DNA of 64,000 bases, taken from the IMG/VR virus record IMGVR_UViG_3300031227_000028, positions 1 through 64,000 of that record. One strand, given 5' to 3'. Position 1 is the first letter of the stretch, and each line of letters starts with the position of its first letter. Below the pieces are notes generated by a model. It ran no database searches. It saw only the letters and a list, made by a program, of their open reading frames with translations, and had not been told where the DNA came from. Source of the DNA: a virus. The translations under genes and the position numbers were made by a program. This document shows positions 21,075 through 30,994 of this stretch, piece after piece.

Positions 21075-21610
21075 ACTTTTGAAAATTTTATACTGTTTTA
21101 GTACTAATACAATACTAAAATCTTCAAAAGTATATAAAATTTCTAAAAAAACAGCGTTCTTTTATAAAAGAACACAACATTCTCGAAAAAATCGATATAT
21201 TCAAACTTTTCAAAAGTATATAATTATATATTAATAATTATAATTATAATTATAATTATTGATATTGAAAGATTATTATATATATATATTATATATATTT
21301 TATATAATTATATAAAAATATAAAAAATATATAAGTGAGTCTAATTTTCACGGTTTTGACGGTTCTTTTATAAAAGAATCGACTTTTTTTTCAGTTTGTA
21401 TATACTTCCACTGATTTTAGTATTAAATTAGTACTAATATATATACTTTTGTATATACTTTTATACCATTTTCTTTTATATAACTTTTGAATCGTAATAT
21501 TTTAGATACAATAATTATAATTATAATAATAATTATTAAAAACACGGTTTTCCTATAATTATAATTATTGTATATACTTTTATTCTCCACTTTTCAAAAG
21601 TATATAAAAT
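21075..21610. other. Putative replication origin
   Basis: Non-coding region at the coding-strand switch, upstream of MCM. Inverted arms 21098-21173 and 21362-21437 flank an extremely AT-rich core, and AAAAGTATATA motifs recur. Confidence 0.65.
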
Positions 21611-21741
21611 GATATTTTTATATATTATCAAGGCATTATACCTTAATTAGGTAATAAATAAATATTATCATATTATTGGGTTTATATTCTCTATCATAAT
21701 AATATATATAAATAAGTTAATATTTTTAATAATTACACACA

Positions 21742-24288
21742 ATGGGAGATTCAATAGATTACAAAAAATTAAAACAATGTAGAAAAACTATAATAGAAAA
21801 ATATGGTAATTCTGTATCTAGTTTAATAACTACAAAACTACTTTTTTCTCTATATATTCATAACAAAGCAAATCTTAATGTAAAATTTATTTATGTAAGA
21901 AAAACATATTTTAAAAACGCTGATAAAATAATAGAAGAGAAAAAATATGAACGTTTTTATAAGCAATTTAAATCAAGAGAAAATATGTTTTTAACTGCTG
22001 AAAATGAAGATTTTCTTATTTGTAATGAAGAATTATCAGAAATTATTTTAAGTTTTTTTACAGATATTTATAATGATGAAAAAATTAAATCTAATGATAG
22101 ACATATAATTGAACAAAATGATGAAGAATCTATAATTGATAATATATATACTCTATCTGATTTTAAAAAGAAATTTAATGGCAGGAGCGATGTAATAGAA
22201 TTAGATTCAGGAATTCTTGAAAGTAATTGTTATGTTCCAAATAAAATATTACATTTTAATAATATTCATTCTCTTATTAATAATAATGAAGATTTTAAAT
22301 TTATAATGAATCCGTTGATTTCATTATCAAAATATTTTGATGCTAAAAAGACAGATAATATAATAAAATTAGAATTTAATATTATAAGAAAAGTTACAAG
22401 TTCAAATTTTTTTGGAGACCATTTAGTATCACAATATTCAATACAATGTCCTAGATGCGCTGTTAAATTTAATTTAATGCCATATCAAACGCATAAAAAT
22501 ATTAAACATTTTTGTGGTGGTGCTTATGAACCAGCTAACCAAGCGATTAAGTCTACTGCATGTAAAGCTGAAACATTAACTCCATTATTTCTATATGAAA
22601 TCGAGCTGTTAAATAATGAGAATGATGGTAGCAAAGATAAAGAAGGTAATAAAGTTTATATTTATTCATTTGAAACAAATTTAAAACCTGGTAGATATGT
22701 AGGAGATATTTTTAATACAATAGGAGATTTAGATAAAAATAAGCAAGATATGTATCTAGTATTTTTATTAGGATATAAACATTATAAACCAAAAGTATCA
22801 AATAGCTTAATAAGTAATAATGAATCTATTAATTGGTGTAAAGAAAATAAATTACCAAATGCTAGATTCCTTGATGCTTTATTTTCAGTAAGAAATTGCT
22901 ATAAGAATTATACTACTCATTTGATAAGCGATAAAGGGTTTTTATTACAATTATTTGTTACAATATCAGGATTAGGTAAACTTATTTTTAATTATGATAA
23001 ATTAGGAATATCAGTAATAGGTAATAAATCATTATCTAAAACATATATAGGTAGTATTTTTAGTATGTTATTAGATAGAGATTATCATTTCATTCAAAGT
23101 GGAGAAGATGTTTCAGGGCCAGGGTTAAAAGGTGGAATTAACAATAAAAAGTTAATAAATGGACAAAATACTAGTATCTTTGAACATGGAATCTTTACAA
23201 TAAGTGGATTAACTGTATTTGATGAAGGTGAAAACTTTTATAGAGATGATTTACTTAATAGTACATTAAAAACATTCTTGAATAGAACAATTACAATTTC
23301 AAAAATTGGAGGAAGAGAAGGAATAGAACAAAACTATACTCCTTTAATTTTTTGTAACTTCTTTAACTTCCAAAAGAATGAATATGTAAAAGAAATAGAA
23401 AATAATTATAATAGGTTTTATAATTCAGAAATTCAAAAAGGTACAGTAGAAAAAACACATGGTACAAGAAAAACTGATACATGTCAATATGTAAGACGTC
23501 AAAATCTATTTCTTCCTCTTAATTATTATAAATCTAAACTAAATAATAATCCCTTGTGTAAAGCCATTGCCCTAGTTCGTGAACGATATACTAATTCAGA
23601 AATCGATTGGCGAACTGGGGGTTCAATGGCCTCTTCTTACAGATTACTTTTTGATGTAATTTGCTGGAATACGAAGAAAAAAGTTGATAAAGATAACCAA
23701 AGAAAATCTGGTTTTAATAACAGTATTCTGCCGTTAATTAGTCAATTACCTTATGAATCGTTCCAGGAAGAGCTTAAATTACACTATAACCCTAGTAAAA
23801 TAAAGATTGATTTATATGATGAATTATATAATTCTGATGAAGTAAATCATCAATTGCAAAAGCTTAAAGAAAATATTAGTAAATTCCTTTTAGATGATGG
23901 TTTAGAATTACATAAACATTTATCGCATAACTCAGTTGAAATGGATGAGAAATTAAGTTTCATCCTATATAATGCAATTATAGTAATGCAGTTATGTGAA
24001 GATATCAATTCAGTCTCAATAAGTGAGAATATTAAAATGTGGTGTAAATTAATCTTCCTTAAATGTAAACGTGGAGTAAGTCAGAATGAATACGATTTTA
24101 AAACTCATAATTTAAAATACGATGAAGTTGATTATGACTATATTAGCCTGGAAGCTGACATTGAAGATATTGAGAAAGACGAAGAATCAGTAAGAATTGC
24201 TAAGAATATTATAGAATTAGAAGAAAAGAAAGAAATTGATGAAAGAAATGAGCAAGAAAACAATGAAGTAGAGATTACCCTTGATTAA
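21742..24288 (+). CDS. mcm: Divergent MCM-family replicative helicase
   Basis: Zn finger CPRC, Walker A GNKSLSKT, SGPGLKG, FEHG, Walker B VFDE, TITISKIG (pre-sensor-1 hairpin), sensor-1 FCN and SYRLLFD, all in MCM order. Confidence 0.8.
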   Translation: MGDSIDYKKLKQCRKTIIEKYGNSVSSLITTKLLFSLYIHNKANLNVKFIYVRKTYFKNADKIIEEKKYERFYKQFKSRENMFLTAENEDFLICNEELSEIILSFFTDIYNDEKIKSNDRHIIEQNDEESIIDNIYTLSDFKKKFNGRSDVIELDSGILESNCYVPNKILHFNNIHSLINNNEDFKFIMNPLISLSKYFDAKKTDNIIKLEFNIIRKVTSSNFFGDHLVSQYSIQCPRCAVKFNLMPYQTHKNIKHFCGGAYEPANQAIKSTACKAETLTPLFLYEIELLNNENDGSKDKEGNKVYIYSFETNLKPGRYVGDIFNTIGDLDKNKQDMYLVFLLGYKHYKPKVSNSLISNNESINWCKENKLPNARFLDALFSVRNCYKNYTTHLISDKGFLLQLFVTISGLGKLIFNYDKLGISVIGNKSLSKTYIGSIFSMLLDRDYHFIQSGEDVSGPGLKGGINNKKLINGQNTSIFEHGIFTISGLTVFDEGENFYRDDLLNSTLKTFLNRTITISKIGGREGIEQNYTPLIFCNFFNFQKNEYVKEIENNYNRFYNSEIQKGTVEKTHGTRKTDTCQYVRRQNLFLPLNYYKSKLNNNPLCKAIALVRERYTNSEIDWRTGGSMASSYRLLFDVICWNTKKKVDKDNQRKSGFNNSILPLISQLPYESFQEELKLHYNPSKIKIDLYDELYNSDEVNHQLQKLKENISKFLLDDGLELHKHLSHNSVEMDEKLSFILYNAIIVMQLCEDINSVSISENIKMWCKLIFLKCKRGVSQNEYDFKTHNLKYDEVDYDYISLEADIEDIEKDEESVRIAKNIIELEEKKEIDERNEQENNEVEITLD

Positions 24289-24304
24289 GGTATAATGCCT
24301 TAAT
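24284..24304. promoter_or_regulatory. Palindromic operator-like site ATTAAGGTATAATGCCTTAAT
   Basis: Also present at ~21630-21648 (inverted) and 44233-44253. Confidence 0.55.
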
Positions 24305-24329
24305 TCTCATATTTGCTTTATAAAGGTAT

Positions 24330-24420
24330 ATACTCTATCACCTAAAGGTATATAAAGAAAACCAGCGTAATTATAATTATAATTAGTGATTAATAATTAA
24401 TGATTGGAGATAAAAAAATG
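24330..24420 (+). promoter_or_regulatory. Promoter cassette variant
   Basis: TACTCTATCA...TATATAAA...TTATAATTATAATTAGTGATTAAT...GATTGGAGAT. Confidence 0.6.
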
Positions 24421-26340
24421 GAATTCGATAAAAACCTAAATTGCACAACAACATTAAAAGAATGTAACAGAGAAAAATTAGATTCAATTGTGTATGTAAA
24501 AGAAAGCATTTCAAAAGTTAAAAGTGATTTAAAACTTAATATTGCAGATTTAAAAGCTCAAATAGTAGAATTAAATAAAATAGCAGATGAAGATATTATT
24601 GATTTAAAAGTAGATATTGAAAAATTAAAAATACCTATGACTGAAGATGAATATAACAAAACAATAAAAGAACATATAATAATAATAAAAGAAATGCAGA
24701 TGAGGTACTAAAAATGTTTATGAAAATATATGGAAATACATATAACAAAGTAAAACAGTTAAAACGTGAGATAGAAGTTTTAGAAGGTACTTATAAAGAA
24801 TATAATGAAGCTTTAAAATCATGTGATATTACTGAAGCTAACTATAAAGGTATTAAAGCTACTTTCAATAATAGTTTAGAAAATTTTAGAAAACAAATTA
24901 ATGCAAAGCAAAAAGAAATCAATTATGAATTAAGTAATAGAGTTGTGAATACAAAATGAAAAAAGCTGAAAATCATTTAGAAGTTTGTGAATATAACTGT
25001 AAATTTAATTTAAATAATGAATGTGTTTATGGTTTAAGAAATTTAGGTTGTTATTTAGATAAGAAAAAAGAAGAAGATATGAAATTAACAACGTTTTTAG
25101 CTTGCGTAGAATTTGGATTTAAAGGACATGAAGCAGGTCATAATTTACAAAAAATTTTAGAAGATTTTATTGCTATTTATAAAAATCAAGAGGAATAAAA
25201 ATGTGTATGTATATGAATGATAGTTGTTATGATTGTCCAAATAAAGATGAATGTGAGGAATTTGAAGAATGAAAAGATTTCCAGTATCAATTGAAAATGG
25301 TAAAATTATATCAATTGTAGGTAGCATTGATTTAGAAGAACCTTATGCATCAAAATTTAAAAACATTGAGCTTAGTCTTGATGTAGAATATCTTAAAATA
25401 ACAGAAAACGGAGAGGAAAGGAAAAAATTAATTACAGCTAAATTAGTTCCAATAAAAAAATGGAAATAAATCCTCAAAGATTTACATGGGAAACAGCAGG
25501 TCTTAGAACTGGTTATCATATTTACGATTTTATAAAAAGAGATGATAATGAAGAATTTGTTAGGGTGAATAAAGACAAATATAAATTAATTGGAACTTGT
25601 GATGGTGTATTATTATCAGTTAGACCTAGAACTAATGAATTTGCAGCACTGTTTGATATTTTAGACGAAGATGAATTAGAAGATAAAGTATGGATTCATT
25701 TTCCTAATACATTTAAAAAATTATTCGAGGAAACAAAATGACGAAATATAATTGTGGTTGTGAAAGTGAAGGAATCATTCTTGTGAGTAAACATGATTTT
25801 GAAATATCAAAAATAAAGAAGTGGTCCGATAGTGTAGGAGTTGCAGGAACTAGAGAATTATGTCTATATTGTTGGTGTGAAAAACATAATATTAAGTTAC
25901 ATTCTAGTTGTAAAATGTTAAAGGGAAAATGGGTGAAATAAATGGCAGCAATGGATAAAATATATGGAAATAAAAAACAATACAATCAATTAATGAAATT
26001 TTATGAAGATAATTTTGATGATTACAAAAGTTTTACAGGATTGGATTATATTAGAAAATATGATTATACACCTAAAGAACTTAAAACTTATAAGAAAGAT
26101 GATGAATTACCAATAGTTAATCAAGAAGTTATTGCTGATACTTGGTTGATATTAAGATGTAATTTTGATTGGGTAATTGACCAATTAAAAGATATGTATA
26201 ATTGTGATGATTATTTTAAAATAGATATGATAGAAAATTTAAAAAATAATGTTCAAAACGATTTTTGTCAATCATTAATAGAACATAAAAAAGCTGAAAG
26301 AGAAATGTATAGAATCAATAAATTATGTGAAAAAGAATAA
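24400..26340 (+). other. Cluster of small hypothetical ORFs
   Basis: Seven or eight packed same-strand ORFs of 66-132 aa. Confidence 0.6.
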
Positions 26341-26351
26341 GGAAATAAAGA

Positions 26352-27620
26352 ATGAAAATAATAGCAACAATAATGGGACAAAATTGCGAAAAAACATTAT
26401 CATTATGTTTAAAATCAGTTAAAGATTTCGATGGAATAGTTTATTTAGATGGTGGTAGTACTGATGATAGTAAATTAATAGCATTAGATTATGATTTAAC
26501 AATAATTAATAATAAATTTGATAAAAGTAATCCAAATATGATAAGTATTCAAAGAAATTATTATCTTAATTATCTTAAAAAAACATATAAAGAAGAATTA
26601 GAAGACGTTTTTATTTTAGTTCTTGATGCAGATGAATTTGTTTCAGAAGGAGCTTATGAAATATTAAAAAATGATATAAAAAAATTAAAAAGCTATACTG
26701 AAGATGGTCAAGGTTTAATGTCAAATATCATAAGTCCAAAAATGCGACATCTTATATATAATTTATCTTATGAAGATGCAACTAGAGAAACACATTTTGC
26801 ACCTAATAGATTATTTAACTTAAAATTTGCTGATAAATATCCAAAAGGAGAACATGGGATTCTTAATAATTCTGGTACTAGTTATAAATATAGTGGAATT
26901 ACTATATGGCATTTAGGTTATTTAGGAGGACCATGGGGAATTAAAAAAAGATATGACCAACAAATACTTAGAAACACTGGTCACGCAAAACAATATTTAA
27001 AAGATTGGAATAAAGCTCATTTATTAGGACATTATCCAATTAAAAAAGTTAATGTTTTAGATTTACCAAAAATATTATTAGAAAATTTTAGTCTTGATAA
27101 AGACGAAATATATTTTGAAGGTAGAGGAATTGAAAGCAAACATTTTATTGATGCTATAGATTGGAAAGAATTTTTTAAATGTAAAACAGCATATGAAATT
27201 GGTTGCGGAAGAGGTCCAAGAGTTTATGCATTAAATAATATTGGTGTTAAAACTTATGGTTGTGATATTAATAAATGGGCTTGTGAGCATAAATTTCATG
27301 ATAATATTGAACAAATGGATATTACTAAAATAAATTCTTGGAAAAATAAATATGATTTAATAATTGCATATGATGTATTGGAACATATTGAAGAAAACGA
27401 TTTATGGAGAGTAATTGATTATATGAAGTTTGGAACAAGAAAATATATTTTAATATCTGTACCAGTAATTGGTGACCTAAATTTAGAAGCTGACCCTACT
27501 CATAAAATTAAACAAACAAAAGATTGGTGGATTAAAAAGTTTACAGATAGAGGATTTAAATTAATTGAAACACCACAACATTTTTTATATAGAAATCAAT
27601 TAATGATATTTGAGGTTTAA
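26352..27620 (+). CDS. GT2 glycosyltransferase fused to a class I SAM methyltransferase
   Basis: N-terminal DGGSTD and LDADE; C-terminal EIGCGRG and YDVLEH. Confidence 0.85.
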   Translation: MKIIATIMGQNCEKTLSLCLKSVKDFDGIVYLDGGSTDDSKLIALDYDLTIINNKFDKSNPNMISIQRNYYLNYLKKTYKEELEDVFILVLDADEFVSEGAYEILKNDIKKLKSYTEDGQGLMSNIISPKMRHLIYNLSYEDATRETHFAPNRLFNLKFADKYPKGEHGILNNSGTSYKYSGITIWHLGYLGGPWGIKKRYDQQILRNTGHAKQYLKDWNKAHLLGHYPIKKVNVLDLPKILLENFSLDKDEIYFEGRGIESKHFIDAIDWKEFFKCKTAYEIGCGRGPRVYALNNIGVKTYGCDINKWACEHKFHDNIEQMDITKINSWKNKYDLIIAYDVLEHIEENDLWRVIDYMKFGTRKYILISVPVIGDLNLEADPTHKIKQTKDWWIKKFTDRGFKLIETPQHFLYRNQLMIFEV

Positions 27621-28373
27621 AATGAGCGAAGAAAAATATGTATGCGGAAAGCCAATGAATGTTTGTAATGCTGATGGCATTAGCTCTGTAATGAATTATA
27701 GACTTAGAACAGAAAAACAAGAAAATTATAAAGATATCCTTGGAACTAGTTATTATAAAAAGGAAGATGTTAATAATAATTGTATAAGAAACAAAAAATT
27801 ATTAGAAGCGATACAAAAAATTAGAGATGATATACATAAATCTCATGGAGATAATTGTTATCGTGAAGATATGAATTATGTTGGTGCTGATGCTTTAGAC
27901 GCATTAGAAGAAGAATTAGGTTTAAAATGATTAAAATAAGTTTAGATTTACAAAAAGATTATGACGAAAAAGGTCAGGTTAAAGGATGGATTGATATGGC
28001 ATCGATTAATTTTTATGAAAAAGATGATAATCAAGCAAAAAGTATAGATGATGATGGTAGCGAATTTATTATATTAGATACTCCTTGTCTTTCTTTTGAA
28101 AAATTTGATAGAAAAATGTCAGAAATATCAGGAGAACCAGTTAATGAATATTTTTATAGTATTAAACTTAATATGATAGATGTACCTATGGTTGAAGAAT
28201 TTTTTAAAAAATTTGGTGTTGTAATAAATGACGAATGAAATTTTAAAAAGATTAACACATATAGTTTTTTTGGCGTGATGGTAAATTAACTTGTGAGCAA
28301 GAAGTTGAAAAATTATTACACGAATTAGGCCATATAATAAGTAAAGACAAAAAAGTTTTAGAGGAAATAGAAA

Positions 28374-28700
28374 ATGATAAAAGAAAAAATAAATAAAACA
28401 TTAGCACTAATTATTTTTATTAGTTTTATTGCACTTGGATTAGTATCTGGAGCAATATTTTTAATAATAAATGATAATAAACAAAAGGTTTTAAATAACG
28501 AAACAAAATTATATAATGTAACTGAAGTTAATAGTTATTTAGATCAAGCATTTGAAATAGGTTATAAACAATCTGAATCAAATATACAACAAGTTATAAA
28601 TAAATCTTTATATGATGGTTATATAGAATTTAATATTAATAATCAAACAATAACATATATTCATCCATTATTATGTGATAGAATAAATATAACAGAATAA
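28374..28700 (+). CDS. Membrane-anchored hypothetical protein
   Basis: N-terminal TM helix and several NxT/S sequons. Confidence 0.55.
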   Translation: MIKEKINKTLALIIFISFIALGLVSGAIFLIINDNKQKVLNNETKLYNVTEVNSYLDQAFEIGYKQSESNIQQVINKSLYDGYIEFNINNQTITYIHPLLCDRINITE

Positions 28701-28702
28701 AA

Positions 28703-29968
28703 ATGATAGATAAGATGAGAACATTTTTTGAGGAAATTGTAACATTTAATGACTTTATAGAAGTTAGGATAATGGATAATAGAACAAAGAAAATGTTTTC
28801 AAATTATGTTTCAGATTATAATGAATTATTAAAAACGTTAGATATATATAAATCGGATAAATTTAATATTTATTACGGTATTAATACAAGAAAAGTTAGA
28901 GGACGTAAAGATATTGATGTTGAATTAAGAAATTTGTTTTATTTTGATGTTGAACATGGTCAAGTTAAACCGCCTTTAACTAATGAAAATTATAAGAAAA
29001 AATTAATAACTACTATTAGAGAAATTACAATTTATTTAAGAAAAGTATATGATATTAAACCATGTGCAATTGTAAAAAGTGGGAGAGGGTATCATTTATA
29101 TTATAAATTTATACCTTTTAATGCAGCAGATTATAAAAAACAATTTGTTGCTTGGTTTAAACAAATACAAAATGAAATAGAAATTATTCAATCATGTAAA
29201 GATATTAAAATAACAGACTCAGTTTTTAATGTTTCAAGAATTGCAAGTTGTCCTTATACTAAACATACTAAATATTTAGAAAAACCATTAAGAGAAATTT
29301 TAATTATTGATACTAAAAAAATAAACGATTTAATTCCTTTAATAAAAAAATTTAAAGTTCATCATATTATAAAATCAAAACAAACAAACATCAAGAAAAA
29401 AGGAAATAAATATACTAAAGATACTATTTTTAAATCACCAGAATTCTTACTCATTGCTAATTATGATAATCTACCAGAAGGCAATATAAATAATCATTTA
29501 ATTTTGGCCTTAAAATTGTTAATGAAAGAAAATAATCTAACTAATTTCGAAGATATGACGTTAGCATTAAACGATTTAGGCTATGAAAATAAGATAATGG
29601 ATTGGACAGAATTAGATGAAGATTATGAATATAGTAATAGATTATTAATAAATTGGTGTTGTAAAAATTATGATTGGTGTGTTGATAATAAATATAAATT
29701 ACCATATAAATATATGAATAGGAAAAAATGTGATATTAAAAAAGAAAGCAAAAATGTTAAATTTCCTGATAAAGAATTAAAAACTTTTAAACAAGTTGAG
29801 CAATATGTTAAAGCGTTTAATAAAATACATATGGAAGAACGTGATGAAGATGTTGTGATTTATTATGATTGTCTTAAAAATAAAATTAAAAATAATATAA
29901 TTAAGCCCAAATTATGGGATTTTATTATAATAAATAAATTATTAGAACAAATATTATTATTAAAATAG
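28703..29968 (+). CDS. Archaeo-eukaryotic primase superfamily protein
   Basis: YFDVE (motif I), SGRGYHLY (motif II), SRIASCPYT (motif III region); helical C-terminal domain. Confidence 0.75.
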   Translation: MIDKMRTFFEEIVTFNDFIEVRIMDNRTKKMFSNYVSDYNELLKTLDIYKSDKFNIYYGINTRKVRGRKDIDVELRNLFYFDVEHGQVKPPLTNENYKKKLITTIREITIYLRKVYDIKPCAIVKSGRGYHLYYKFIPFNAADYKKQFVAWFKQIQNEIEIIQSCKDIKITDSVFNVSRIASCPYTKHTKYLEKPLREILIIDTKKINDLIPLIKKFKVHHIIKSKQTNIKKKGNKYTKDTIFKSPEFLLIANYDNLPEGNINNHLILALKLLMKENNLTNFEDMTLALNDLGYENKIMDWTELDEDYEYSNRLLINWCCKNYDWCVDNKYKLPYKYMNRKKCDIKKESKNVKFPDKELKTFKQVEQYVKAFNKIHMEERDEDVVIYYDCLKNKIKNNIIKPKLWDFIIINKLLEQILLLK

Positions 29969-30025
29969 ACAAAAAACAAAACATATATATATAACTTAAT
30001 ATTATTAATAATATTAGAGGTTAAA

Positions 30026-30217
30026 ATGACTTTAGAATATGGAACAAAAGATGATAATGAATATATACAAACTATTATTCATATAAGAGTAGCTAATAAG
30101 AAATTCTTAAAAGCAATGGCAGGTATAAATGGTATTTCAATGAAAGAACAATTAGATAATACATTAACAGAACAGAGAAAAATATTTGATAAACAAGTAA
30201 AACAATTCAAAAATTAA
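30026..30217 (+). CDS. Small RHH-like DNA-binding protein
   Basis: QTIIHIRVANKKFLKAMA..GISMKE pattern. Confidence 0.45.
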   Translation: MTLEYGTKDDNEYIQTIIHIRVANKKFLKAMAGINGISMKEQLDNTLTEQRKIFDKQVKQFKN

Positions 30218-30297
30218 TAATCCTAATGATAGTATTCTATCAAGGATAGTGGATTACCACAATCAAACAGCTGTAAAAGCAAACGAGGAAAATAAAA

Positions 30298-30930
30298 ATG
30301 GAAGAAGAAAAAAATTTATTTGATGAAATGACTAATATACCTGAACAAAAACCAAATACAAACAACGATGTATCTGTAGCAGATGCTGTTCAAGAATTAG
30401 AAAAAGAAGAGGTAGTGGTTGATTCTGTTTTTGATTATAATAAATTACCAAGCACTACAGGTTCTTCATATAATAGAGTTAATTTAGATAATGAAGAAGT
30501 TGTAATTAGTAAAGCAGAAATTAAATTACCACATCCTAATTCTGATTGGGTTGAAGGAAGAACTAATAAAAACATACACTATAAAGGATATCAATTTATT
30601 GTAAGTTATGATACTGAAAACGATGACCACGAAAATTATAGCGGTATGAGAGGATTCCAAAAAACAAACGGTAGTTTAGGTGAACCAACAATTTATACAA
30701 AAAAATTAAGCACACAAGCTAGTAAATTATTTGGTAAATTTAAAGAATATATTATAAGAACTGTTAAAGTTGAAGAAAAAGAAATGACTTCTGATATTTT
30801 TGAAGCTTCTTATGGTTTAAAACAATTTATGGCTTTCTTAAATAGTAAACCAAAAGCTTTACTTAGAGTAATAGAAGTAGATTATGATGGTAAAATTACT
30901 GAGAAAAACATGATAAGTAAATTTCTTTAA
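30298..30930 (+). CDS. Hypothetical replication-module protein (possible ssDNA-binding)
   Basis: Acidic N-terminus, beta-rich and aromatic; located between primase and helicase. Confidence 0.4.
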   Translation: MEEEKNLFDEMTNIPEQKPNTNNDVSVADAVQELEKEEVVVDSVFDYNKLPSTTGSSYNRVNLDNEEVVISKAEIKLPHPNSDWVEGRTNKNIHYKGYQFIVSYDTENDDHENYSGMRGFQKTNGSLGEPTIYTKKLSTQASKLFGKFKEYIIRTVKVEEKEMTSDIFEASYGLKQFMAFLNSKPKALLRVIEVDYDGKITEKNMISKFL

Positions 30931-30994
30931 ACCTTTATAGGTTTATTTTTTTTATTTTTATTAGAAACAACTATACAAAATAGAAGGTAAATAT

